This document shows positions 54,201 through 63,409 of a stretch of 64,000 bases of DNA, piece by piece. Both the position numbers and the translations under genes were made by a program. Source of the stretch: Okamejei kenojei (taxonomy: Eukaryota); assembly GCA_035221665.1 (NCBI GenBank), contig CM069148.1:49786001-49850000 (forward strand), read 5' to 3'. Position 1 is the stretch's first letter; every line of letters begins with the position of its first letter. The notes below the pieces were generated by a model, which saw only the letters and a program-made list of their open reading frames with translations, was not told the DNA's origin and did no database searches.

Positions 54201-57200
54201 CCCTTGACCGCAGCCTGACGGGGTGTTTTGCCGGCGGCACCTGCAGCAGTAGATCTGCCAGACTGCTCTACGGCAGATCTACCTGGCAGTAGTACGTGGT
54301 GGTGCGCAGCTGCAGGGCTCCCCTGTAGTGCAGCTGTCCCCCGGCCCAGTCCCCTCGGGTCTACTGGAACTCGGGGTGAAGTCGCTGGCGATGAGCAAGG
54401 CCCCTTCCCACGCACCTGTTTTCCCCCTCTTTTCTAGGGGGAAGGGGGCTCGAAGTCTGGATCAGTCGTATCCAGCTCCGGGGCGGTAAACCACTCAGGT
54501 GATGAGTCGAGCGCTAAAGTAGTGGGAGCGTCCGACTTGGTCGAAGCAGCACGGCTCCTGGAGAGCGAAGCCGTCCGTTTGCCCTTTTCCATTCTGTGGG
54601 AGTAAAGGTAAGCACTTACCTGCCGTTCTTATGAAGGAGCTGGAGGAGAGAGCGCACTCCCCCCCCCAGCTTGTCGAGCAAATGTGCGCTACGATATGTC
54701 GCGCATGCGTGCTGGCGGGGTCTTCACGGAGTCACTCACGTGACTCCGAAGTAAAATTCCAGAGACTCACCACTCTCTGTGTAAAGAATGTTTTCCTCAT
54801 CTCAGTCCTAAAGGAATTCCCCCTTATCCTTAGACTGTGACCACTTGTTCTGGACTCCCCCAACATCGGGAACAATCTTCCTGCATCTAGCTTGTCCAAC
54901 CCCTTAAGAATTTTGTAAGTTTCTATAAGATCCCCCCTCAATCTTCTAAATTCCAGTGAGTACAAGCCGAGTCTATCCAGTCTTTCTTCATATGGAAGTC
55001 CCGACATCCCACGAATCAGTCTGGTGAACCTTCTCTGAACCCCCTCCATGGCAAGAATGTCTTTCCTCAGATTTGGAGACCAAAACTGTACACAATACTC
55101 CAGGTGTGGTCTCACCAAAACCCTGTACAATTGCAGTAGAACTCCCTGTTCCTATACTCAAATCCTTTCGCTATGATTGCTAACATACCATTTGCTTTCT
55201 TCACTACCTGCTGCACCTGCATGCCTACTTTCAATGACTGGTGTACCATGACACACAGGTCTCGTTGCATCCCCCCTTTTCCTAATCTGCCACCATTCAG
55301 ATAATAGTCTACCCTCATGTTTTTTGCCACCAAAGTGGATAACCACACATTTATCCACATTATACTGCATCTGCCATGCATCTGCCCATTCACTCAGCCT
55401 ATCCAAATCACCCTGCAGCCTCCTAGCATCCTCCTCACACCTAACTATACCCCCCAGCTTGGTGTCATCTGCAAATTTGGAGATGTTGCATTCAATTCCC
55501 TCGTCCAAATCATTAATATATATTGTAAATAGCTGGGGTTCCAGCACTGAGCCTTGCGGTACCCCACTCCTCACTGCCTGCCATTCATAAAAGGACCCGT
55601 TTACTCCTACCCTTTGCTTCCTGTCTGCCAGCCAGTTCTCTATCCACATCATTATTGAACCACCAATACCGTGTGCTTTAAGTTTATATACTAATCTCTT
55701 ATGTGGGACCTTGTCGAAAGCCTTCTGAAAGTCCAGATATAACACATCCACTGGTTCTCCCTTATCCACTCTACTGGTTACATCCTCGAAAAATTCTATA
55801 AGATTCGCCAGACATGATTTACCTTTTGTAAATCCATGCTGACTTTGTCCAATGATTTCACCACTTTCCACATGCGCTGCTATCCCATCTTTAATAACTG
55901 ACTCTAGCAGTTTCCCCACTACCGATGTTAGACTAACTGGTCTGTAATTCCCCGATTTCTCTCTCCCTCCTTTTTTTAAAAAGTGAGGTTACATTAACTA
56001 TCCTCCAATCCTCAGGAACTACTCCAGAATCTAAGGAGTTTTGAAAAATTTCCGGCAGATTATTTATGTCTTCCTTAGTGAAGACAGAACCAAAGTAGTT
56101 ATTGAATTGGTCTGCCGTGTCCTTGTTCCCAATGATCAATTCATCTGCTTCTGACTGCAAGGGACCAACATTTGTTCTAACTATTAACTAAAGGAGGAAG
56201 GGTCTCGACCCGAAACGTCGCCTATCTCCTTCGCTCCTTAGATGCTGCTGCATCCGCTGAGTTTCTCCAGCTTTTTGTGTACCCCCCATTTGTTCTAACT
56301 AGTCTCTTTCTCTTCACATATCTATAAAAACTTTTGCAGTCAGTTTTTATGTTCCCTGCCAGTTTCCTTTCGCAATCTATTTTCCCTTTCCTAATTAAGC
56401 CCTTTGTCCTCCTCTGCTGGATTCTGAATTTCTCCCAGTCATCTGGTAGGCTGCTTTTTTTGGCCAATTTGTATGCCTCATATTTAGTTTTTATACTAGC
56501 CCTGATTTCCCTCGTTATCCACGGATGCACCACCTTCCCCGATTTATTCTTTTGCCCAACTGGTATGAACATTTTTTGGACTTCATCCATGCAGTCTTTA
56601 AATACCTTCCATTGCACATCCACTGTCAACCCTTTAAGACTCACCTGCCAGTCTATCATGGCCAATTCACGGCTCATACCTTCAAAGTTACCTTTGTTTA
56701 ACTTTACCTTTGTTTAAGTTCAGAACCATTGTTTCTGACTTAATTATGGCACTCTCCATCCTAAAGAAGAACTCGATCATATTATGGTCACTCTTAAATC
56801 AAATAAAAACACAAATAATGCCTTATTGTTGATGAAATGTAGTGAGCAAATGCGATAATTCCCAACATTTTCAATTTCGATATCTGCACGGCCAATGTTC
56901 GCCAAGCACTTAAGCGTTGTTGTCCCTTCAGCCCTCGCTTCTCTTTACCTTCATTACACTTCACTTTTGGAATTCTGAAGTTGGGTACATGTCTCTCGCG
57001 CTTATCCCGACTTCCACAATTTTTTTTACAGCGCAAACATTCAACGTTTTGGCGGTTTTTAACAGGGTGGAAAGTACACGTTTGGTGTATTAACAACATA
57101 TACCGGAAGCTGCGATGTCCTCCAGATGGATTGAGCAGCTCCGTGCGCAGGCCCTGTGACCTTACGTGCCACCCCCTATACAATGGGATGAGTGTGAATT

Positions 57201-57348
57201 CCTTGGTGAGGGGGCGGCGGGATCGCCCTTGTCTCTGGGTGGGAGAGAGGTCCCGTCCCAGCCCCGCCTTACCTGCGGCCCCGAGCAGGGCGAGCACAGC
57301 GATGAGTCCCGGGAACAGGGCCGGCCACAAGTCGCCACTGCACGGCAT
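15465..57348 (-). CDS. NCR3LG1: Whole spliced gene, 10 coding exons, ~976 aa: B7-H6/NCR3LG1-like protein, SP-V-C1-TM followed by six C1-type Ig domains
   Basis: Exons 57273-57348, 47104-47463, 38436-38756, 33029-33145, 27884-28297, 25855-26247, 24158-24469, 20676-20999, 16344-16655, 15465-15766 join in one frame with GT-AG phase-1 introns (2931 nt including stop). V and C1 domains resemble B7-H6 by motif. The symbol means 'like'; orthology is not proven. Confidence 0.75.
15825..16257 (-). mobile_element. HE1-type SINE copies
   Basis: Similar to the 2475-2775 copy. Confidence 0.75.
16344..16655 (-). CDS. Exon 9: Ig C1-like domain (post-TM #5)
   Basis: [22 protein letters not shown]...[12 protein letters not shown]. 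Tandem acceptor caag/tag| (start could be 16658), donor |gtaagt. Confidence 0.88.
18029..18415. mobile_element. Tc1/mariner-type MITE
   Basis: 18-bp TIRs CAGGT(G/C)CACCATTGATTT flanked by TA on both sides. Confidence 0.8.
18435..19068 (-). mobile_element. CR1 3' fragment
   Basis: [15 protein letters not shown] motif and CATAGAAA tail. Confidence 0.9.
19445..19690. repeat. ~121-bp tandem duplication in a Penelope-derived tail
   Basis: Two near-identical tgataatcaaacccctcccc...ggtctcctaccc units. Confidence 0.8.
20676..20999 (-). CDS. Exon 8: Ig C1-like domain (post-TM #4)
   Basis: [20 protein letters not shown]...TGLF...FKVEALH. Acceptor ttttttgcag|, donor |gtatga, 324 nt. Confidence 0.9.
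21152..21370 (+). mobile_element. Solo LTR, 219 bp, Gypsy-like
   Basis: TGTGGCG...CGCTACA termini, 4-bp TSD ATGT, AATAAA at 21308, inserted in a CR1 fragment. Confidence 0.78.
21830..23670 (-). mobile_element. CR1 ORF2 3' half
   Basis: RT motifs in several broken ORFs, CR1 3' UTR. Confidence 0.9.
24158..24469 (-). CDS. Exon 7: Ig C1-like domain (post-TM #3)
   Basis: [16 protein letters not shown]...DGRYS...LTCKFKHES. Acceptor tttctcttcag|, donor |gtaagg, 312 nt. Confidence 0.9.
24690..25260 (-). mobile_element. Degenerate CR1 fragment
   Basis: LQLYKMLVR...VQFCSP motif. Confidence 0.75.
25855..26247 (-). CDS. Exon 6: Ig C1-like domain (post-TM #2)
   Basis: [18 protein letters not shown]...[10 protein letters not shown]...[14 protein letters not shown]. 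Acceptor aacag|, donor |gtacag, 393 nt. Confidence 0.9.
26410..27122 (+). mobile_element. CR1 (TATGGT-tail family), internally deleted
   Basis: [11 protein letters not shown] and YADDTK, then an abrupt jump at ~26877 to the 3' end. Confidence 0.9.
27203..27483 (+). mobile_element. HE1-type SINE
   Basis: A box TGGCGTAGCTGG, B box GGTTCGATCC, CTAAA tail. Confidence 0.85.
27560..27869 (-). mobile_element. HE1-type SINE
   Basis: Reverse-orientation copy next to the exon-5 donor. Confidence 0.8.
27884..28297 (-). CDS. Exon 5: divergent Ig C1-like domain (post-TM #1)
   Basis: [30 protein letters not shown]...[29 protein letters not shown]. Acceptor tttttcctag|, donor |gtaagt, 414 nt. Confidence 0.88.
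28457..29612 (+). mobile_element. CR1 3' 1.15 kb (TATGGT-tail family)
   Basis: RT and C-terminal ORFs, tail TATGGTTATATGGTTAT. Confidence 0.92.
29907..32125 (-). mobile_element. CR1 ORF2 fragment
   Basis: RT motifs and CATAGAAA tail. Confidence 0.9.
32335..32361. repeat. (TATC)n microsatellite
   Basis: Directly visible. Confidence 0.95.
33029..33145 (-). CDS. NCR3LG1: Exon 4: transmembrane segment
   Basis: [39 protein letters not shown]: hydrophobic run followed by basic residues. Strong acceptor ttttttcttacag|, phase-1 donor |gtaaag, 117 nt. Reading through the donor gives a stop at 32982. Confidence 0.85.
33517..33797 (+). mobile_element. Penelope-like element 3' end inside an HE1 SINE (33225-33875)
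   Basis: [27 protein letters not shown] endonuclease C-terminus, pyrimidine tract, then the CTGAAGAAGGG...CCCGAAAC terminal motif. Confidence 0.75.
34708..37800 (-). mobile_element. CR1 ORF2 (APE + RT), TATGGT-tail family
   Basis: APE ORF 36881-37648 (ISETW, YRPP, GDFN, SDH) and RT ORFs. A short opposite-strand 3' end of the same family is inserted at ~36201-36280. Confidence 0.92.
37820..38260 (-). mobile_element. Penelope-like GIY-YIG endonuclease fragment
   Basis: [10 protein letters not shown]...[15 protein letters not shown] Cys-rich linker and GIY-YIG start. Confidence 0.8.
38436..38756 (-). CDS. NCR3LG1: Exon 3: Ig C1-set domain (B7-H6-like)
   Basis: [16 protein letters not shown]...[14 protein letters not shown]...[10 protein letters not shown]: CxxxxFYP, W, DGTY and CxVxHxSL motifs. 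Acceptor tttacag|, donor |gtaagt, 321 nt. Confidence 0.93.
39055..43601 (+). mobile_element. Full-length CR1 LINE (~4.5 kb): 5' UTR, ORF1 (Cys-rich + GDSL/SGNH esterase), ORF2 (APE + RT), a few stops
   Basis: [15 protein letters not shown] and DGLHLN esterase motifs, RT ORF 41710-42774, (TTTCTATG)n tail, imperfect TSD TAA(C/T)ACA. Confidence 0.93.
39197..39265. repeat. (TA)n microsatellite
   Basis: Directly visible. Confidence 0.95.
43662..44877 (+). mobile_element. CR1 3' part (TATGGT-tail family)
   Basis: Very similar to 28457-29612. Confidence 0.9.
46790..47075 (-). mobile_element. HE1-type SINE
   Basis: Similar to the other copies. Confidence 0.8.
47104..47463 (-). CDS. NCR3LG1: Exon 2: Ig V-set domain (B7-H6-like)
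   Basis: GGDLVVSM...LECRV...[11 protein letters not shown]...[26 protein letters not shown]: canonical C, W and D-x-G-x-Y-x-C-like motif. Acceptor ttccag|, donor |gtaaaa, 360 nt. Confidence 0.93.
48349..49110. repeat. Fold-back: ~170-bp inverted arms around an AGTGTACACT-containing minisatellite
   Basis: 48349-48520 is the reverse complement of 48941-49110; tandem gagtgtacactggtgt units lie between them. Confidence 0.9.
49775..54757 (-). mobile_element. DIRS1-like tyrosine-recombinase retrotransposon, full length but frameshifted (gag, RT, RNase H, methyltransferase-like domain, YR)
   Basis: RT NLKDAY...LPNG...CLDD, RNase [26 protein letters not shown] methyltransferase-like, YR HSTRAAS...AGW...FY, inverted termini and an internal complementary region at 49993-50083. 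Confidence 0.93.
56184..56286 (+). mobile_element. Short Penelope-derived insertion within a CR1
   Basis: 15-bp TSD CATTTGTTCTAACTA at 56169-56183 and 56287-56301. Confidence 0.75.
57273..57348 (-). CDS. NCR3LG1: Exon 1: signal peptide [25 protein letters not shown]
   Basis: ATG in good Kozak context (gcgaccATG), hydrophobic core ending in small residues, phase-1 donor G|gtaagg, inside a CpG-rich island. Confidence 0.85.
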
Positions 57349-57362
57349 GGTCGCCTCGCTTC

Positions 57363-57455
57363 GCCCCGACACCCGCCCTGAGCCCCGACACCCGCCCTGA
57401 GCCCCGACACCCGCCCTGGAGCCCCGACACCCGCCCTGGAGCCCCGACACCGCCC
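57363..57455. repeat. 19-20 bp GC-rich tandem repeat, ~4.8 copies of GCCCCGACACCCGCCCTG(G)A
   Basis: Directly visible, between the ISRE and the ATG. Confidence 0.95.
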
Positions 57456-57472
57456 AAACCTCCGCGCTCTTG

Positions 57473-57484
57473 ACTTTCACTTTC
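57473..57484 (-). promoter_or_regulatory. IRF-binding element / ISRE (GAAAGTGAAAGT)
   Basis: Exact match to the GAAANNGAAA(G/C)T IRF consensus, ~125 bp upstream of the exon-1 ATG. Confidence 0.65.
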
Positions 57485-58573
57485 GCCTGTACTCTGACTC
57501 TGACGCTCCGCTGCGCTGGCGTGGCGGGCGGGGAGAGCTCGTCTGTGTCCGCCCCCGGCTCCACAGGCGATGGGCAACCGCGTTCACACATACACACTGG
57601 TTCTGTCCGGCACAGAGACACACATACACTGGTGCACACTCTGCCACCCAGCTTTGTGTCATCCGCAAATGAAGATGCTTAATAGCACATAGGCCAGTCC
57701 AGCAAAAGGCAACGCGCTGGACTAACGAGGTGGATCGGCCAACAACTGTGGAGGGGATTGGTTTTATTGTGAAAACGATCTGTATCTATAATAAATATAT
57801 ATATATATATATATAAATACATAGAGTACAGACTCGTGCTGGGCGCCGTACCTTAGGGAGACCCCGAGGACGAGGTGGGCGCCTCGGACAACTTGGTTGT
57901 GGATGGAGGTCCAGGGGAGCCAAGTACTTTTCACTCCAGGGAGCGAAATACTAAGGGATAAGTACTTTTTGTAACTTTGTCGGTGCCTTTGTGGTGACTC
58001 TTTTGTATACTTTTTATGCAAAAACAAAGATTTTCACTGTTCCTAGCTGGGTACAAGAGAATAAAGTATCCTCATCACATCAAAATACAGGGAGTTGGAG
58101 TAACTTGGGTCAGGCAGCATCTGTTGTGGGAATGTGTTTTATGTCAAAATTAAACTTTAGTCATGATAAAATATATATATAAAACTATGTACTGCAGAAC
58201 ACAAAGTACTGGAGTAGGTCAGGAATCATCTATGGAGGGGATTTTTAATTTCAAAGATAAATGTTATTCATAATAATACATGTAATTCTTAATAGAGAAC
58301 AGTACTGCAAAACGCAAAGTGCAAGGGAAACTCAACGTGTCAGGCAGCATCTGTGGAGGGAATGGAGAGACAACATTTTGAGTTGGAACCCTTCTTCAGA
58401 CTTTAATCAAATGTCACCAGTGCATTCCCTCCACAGATGCTGACTGACCCCCAGCACTTTGTGTTTTGTTCACGATTCCAGCATCTGCAGTTCCTTGTGT
58501 TTCCATAGAGCAACAGGCCCTTCGGCCCACAGTGTCCGCACCTAACATGACCCTTCTTCAGACTGAGTGGAGA

Positions 58574-58608
<35 letters not shown>

Positions 58609-61600
58609 AAAAGGATGGGAAATAGCGGTAGGGGCAGGACTGAATTTGGCAAGTGATAGGTAGATACAGGTGAGGAAGGTGATGATAGGCATTTGCAGGC
58701 GAGGTTAGGGGATGATTGGTGTACAGTTGAGGTCACAATCACAATAATACTTTATTAACCAAGTTGTTTTGCAACATACGAGGAATTTCATTTTCCAAGT
58801 CAGTCATACAAATAAAAAGCAACGGAACAGACAAAATCCATTATAACATAAACATCCACCACAGTGACTCCTCCACATTCCTCACTGTGATGGAAGGCGA
58901 AAAAAAAGTTAAAATCTCTCCCTTCTTTGTTCTCCTGCTTGAGCCGTCCGTTGATGGGACGATCTTGACTCCCGTAGCTGGTGGCATTTTGGCCCTCTGC
59001 ACGGGGCGATCAGCTCCTGCATCGGGGGGATGTCCGCTTCCCCCGCGCCGGACGATCGGACCCCGTGTCTGGGCTGGTCAAGCCTCTGCGTCGTTGGAGC
59101 TCCCGATTAGCCTCTCCCGAGATTGCGGGCTCCCTATGCAAAGTCCGCATCACAGGCAAGGATCGGCTCCGATGTTAAGTCCATGCCCCACTGTGGGGCT
59201 CAAAGTCAGTCCAAAGAGGCCTCCAGCTCCATCGATGGTCGGCCACAGAGCGACCAGAGATGTGACCCGAAAAAAATTTGCATTTCTGGCAACTTAAACT
59301 GAAAAAAAAGTTTCCCCTAACCCCCTCCCCCTCCCCCCACATAAAACAAACCGGAGAACATTTACACAAACTTAGAACACACACAAAAAAAATTTTAAAA
59401 GACAAAAAAATGGACAGACTGATGGCGGGGCTGCCAATCTGTCGGCACCCCTGGTGATTTGTGTACAGCTGAGGGGCTGCACCATTAACAGACTGGCTCA
59501 GACTAATGCCTAACGTCAATGGTTATACGGTTCCCTAAACCCTTCCACTGGGTAAAAGAATCGCAAATATTACAACAACTTCCCTTCAGTTCCCTCCTTG
59601 CAATGTGTCCTGCACTCTCCCACCTCCCTCCCTCATTCCCACACTCTTTCCAATCAGCTCTCAGTCACTCTGTCTTTCTCTCCCCCTCCACTTCCCTGTC
59701 TCCCCCTCTCCCACATCTTCATCTCTTTGCACCTCCCTCCCCTCCCCACCGCATGCCTTGATGCCACACAGTAATGCTGCGGCGTTTTCAGTGAGGACGG
59801 TAAATTTAAAGGGCTACTAGGAAATGCAGACGCCAGAATCTTGAGCAAAACACAAATTACTGGAGGAACTTAGCGGGTCAGTGTAGAGGGAAATGGGCAA
59901 GCGATGTTTCAGGTTTGGTGAGCGGGAACTGGGGCTAAGTAAGCTAACCATTTTAATTCCCCTTCCTATATCCATGCTGTCCTGGGCCGCCTCCATTGCC
60001 AGAGTGAGACCGCACACAAACTGGAGCAACAGCGCAATGGTATGAACATTATATTCTCCAATTTTAGCTAACTAAACTACAAACACTTTTCCTCACTCCA
60101 CATTCTCCCCTCTCTTCCCTGTACCCCACTTGGATGCACACCCAATTTTCACTTCCCCCCCCCCCCCCCCCTCCACCAAATTCATTCCTCTGGCTTCACA
60201 TTTTCTGCCTCTTCTATCCTTATCTCACTTTTTCTTTTTTCATCTCTGGCCTTTGTCCAACCATCTGCCAATTACACCCTTACCATCTCACCTGTATCCA
60301 CCTATCATTTACCAGGCTTTGTTTCCACCCCTGGGTTTCAGTCGGGACCCTTCTTCAATCTAAAAACTCCACACAGACAGCACTTGAGATCAGGACTGAA
60401 TCAGTGAGATTCTACAATTAGTCTGAAGAAGGGTCCTAACCCAAAATGTCACCTATCCATGTTCTCCAGAGGTGCTGCCTGAGCCGTTGAGTCACCCCTG
60501 CACTTTGTGTCACTTTTGCATATTACAGATAGGTTTAAGGTGAGAGGGGAAAGATTTAATAGGATACTAAGGGATAATTTTTTTACATAAAGTGTGGTGG
60601 GTGTAAGGAGCAAACTGACGATGGAGGTAGTTTAGGCGGTTACTATCACAATGTTTAAGAAACATTTAGGCAGGTACATGGATAGGATAGGTTAAGAGAA
60701 ATAATGGCCAAATACATGCAGATGGGACTAGTTTCGATGGGGTATATTGGTCGGTGTGGATGTGGACAAGTTGAGTCAATGGGCTTGTTTCCACGCTATA
60801 TGACTGTTATACTAAGTTATATTTTAGCTAAATGAGACCATATCTGAAGACTTGTACAGTTTTGGTTATTTGGTTAAGGACGTTAATGTAGATGCAAGAA
60901 ACTGCTAGAATTTTGAGTAAAAGGGCTGTTCCTGAGTTGTACTTTTCTATATTCTATCCTCAACTAAACATTTTCAGGAAAAGGTGTTGGGGTAAGGGAG
61001 GTGCATAAGCTTCTTTCTGCTGTTGTTTACTATAATGAGAGCAGACTGATTGAAACAAATTAAATCTTGAGGGAAGTTGATGGGATGATTGTGGAAAATA
61101 TATTTCTTCATGGGAGAGAATATAAACTGGGACTCAGCTGGAAAAGAAGGGAGGTGAAATGGAGCCTGTGTGTGTATGCTGCAATTGGTGTTTTGTCTTA
61201 CATTCAGGGCAGTGGAAAGAAAACTCTGCTGAAGTTGTCAAACTTTGAATCCTCTACTGATAAGATCTGATCAACATTTCAAACTTTACTATAGAGAGTG
61301 TGGGCCAGGGTTGTGTCAGCTTTCTTTTAAACTCCTTAATTTCTATCTTTTTCCATAGAAAATAGGTGCAGGAGTAGGCCCTTCGAGCCAAACGCTAGGC
61401 CACAGCCCTCCCATTTTCACACATGCTACACACATTTTTTCCACGGATCGGATAAATGTCATCCTGCCGCATTTCAACCTATATTTCACAAGTTTCTAAC
61501 CTTTTAAAAACAGCTTCAAAATATTAAAGTTTTCTAAGCTCTCATTTTGAAGAAAATATATCTGACTGACAAATAAATCAACTTGCAAAGCAGGATGGGT

Positions 61601-62436
61601 CACTCTGCGCGGGATGGGGACTCAAGCATTCTAGGCCGGTCTCCTCCTCTCCCTAACCCCCTCCATCTCTGCCCCTCTCCCTCTCCCTCTCTACCCACCT
61701 CACCTCCCTCTCCCTCTCTACGCCTTCCCTCTTCCTCAACCCGCTCGGCTCTGCTGGTCCCCACTCAACTCGGCTCGAACCAGTTCGGACCTGCACGCTC
61801 GGCTCGGACCCGTTAAGCCCAGCTCCATCGGCTCCGCACGAAGAGGTGAGGAGGTGATTGGAGGAGAGGGGAAAAATCCTGTGAGGTTGAGCAGGGAAAG
61901 TGGGGGGATTGAGTGAGGGGGTAGGGAGAGTTGTTTAAACGTCTACACTCCCCCTCACGCTTCAAAATATTAAAGTTTTCCAAGCTCTCATTTTGTAGAA
62001 CAAAAATTCCGACTGACGTCACATTCAACTCGCAAGTCGGGTCCTTGGGTACACGCCGGCCCGCGGCCTTGCTCGGGGTCCTGGGGTCCACGTCCGCCCG
62101 CGGCCCATTGGGAGGGTGCTGCTGCGGGCTTAGCCTGGCAACTGGGCCTGGGCTGGAGCTGGAGAGCGGGCCGAGCCCAGGGCTTGAGATGGGGCTGTGA
62201 TCGGCGTCGAAAAAGAAGCCGCCGGTGGAACCGAGGACGAGCCGAGGTCAGGGACGAGCTCGGAGATGAAGTCGGGGCCTGGACTGGTGACCATGCGGCG
62301 GCTGGGCTGACGGCTGCAGTCTACATCCAGGGCCGTGCTAAGTACAAGAACCTGGCCCTGCTCTATGACCTGGGTAGGTGCTGGGATAGGGAATGAGAGC
62401 AACACCAAGCCTGACGGCACTCCACTTGCCACTGCA

Positions 62437-63024
62437 GTGAAGAAAGCTAATGGAATGTTGGCCTTCATAATGAGGATTTCAGTATCGGAGTACAGTTTTG
62501 GTCTCCTAATTTGAGGAAGGACATCCTTGTGATTGAGGCAGTGCAGCGTAGGTTCACGAGATTGATCCCTGGGATGGCAGGACTGTCATATGAAGAAAGA
62601 TTGAAAGGACTAGGAGTTTAGAAGGATGAGGGGATGATTTTTTAGAAACATAAAATTATAAAAAGACAGTTCAAGCTAGATGCAGGAAAAATGTTCCCAA
62701 TGTTGGGCGAGTCCAGAACCTGGGGCCACAGTCCTAGAATAAAGGGGAGGCCATTTAAAACTGCAGTTTGAAAGAACATTTTCACCCAGAGAGTTGTGAA
62801 TTTGTGGAATTCCCTGCCACAGAAGGCAGTGGATGCCAGATCACTGGATGGATTGAAGAGAGAGTTAGATAGAGCTCTAGGGGCTAGTATAATCAAGGAG
62901 TATGGGAAAAAGGCAGGCACGGGTTACTGATAGCGGACGATCAGCCATGATCACAATGAATGGCAGTGCTGGCTCGAAGGGCCGAATGGCCACCTCCTGC
63001 ACCTATTTTCTATGTTTCTATGTT
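62437..63024 (+). mobile_element. CR1 3' fragment
   Basis: CR1 C-terminal sequence and TTTCTATG tail. Confidence 0.88.
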
Positions 63025-63040
63025 TAGGTTACACGGCGGG

Positions 63041-63409
63041 ACTTTAGGTGGCCATTGGCACCCGGGCAACCGTTAATTTTGAGCCCTGCCAAGCAAATTA
63101 AACTACAAACTTGTATGTGTTTGGAGTGTGGGAAGAAATCCAAAGATCTCGGAGAAAACCCACACGGTCACGGGAAGAATGTACAAACTCTGTACAGACA
63201 GCAATGAATGGCGGTGCTGACTCAAATCGCCTCCTCTGCACCTATTTTCTGTGTTAATCTGGCCCTGGCTGCAATCACTGACATGTTTTTCCCCCATTTT
63301 AAGCCTTTATTAAAATACAGCTAGCCTTTAAACACAATGTTTTAAGCACAGTAGCGGTAGACAGGGCTCGAAATTAACGGTTGCCCGGGTGCCAATGACC
63401 ACCCAAAGT
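63041..63409. mobile_element. Two outward-facing hAT-like termini (CAGGGCTC...)
   Basis: 63041-63088 and 63362-63409 are 48-bp inverted copies with 3 mismatches. Confidence 0.6.

Larger units (their letters stand above)
49579..56795 (-). mobile_element. CR1 ORF2 fragment interrupted by the DIRS element
   Basis: RT ORF 55158-55919, tail at 49579. The sequence ggcagagAAT|tccagagact rejoins across the DIRS. Confidence 0.9.
49181..57067. mobile_element. Palindromic MITE-like element split by a CR1 (arms 49181-49578 and 56797-57067)
   Basis: Long imperfect inverted arms, e.g. aagtgcttggcgaacattggccgt vs acggccaatgttcgccaagcactt, and ggataagcgtgagagacat vs atgtctctcgcgcttatcc. Confidence 0.7.
57150..57620. 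promoter_or_regulatory. CpG-rich promoter / first-exon island with GC boxes
   Basis: Locally GC- and CpG-rich, several GGGCGG boxes, contains the signal-peptide exon. Confidence 0.65.

Noticed and set aside
56794-57639. 281-aa ORF as a single-exon gene
   Set aside because: Only 57273-57348 looks coding. The rest is the GC tandem repeat, promoter and MITE arm read through by chance.
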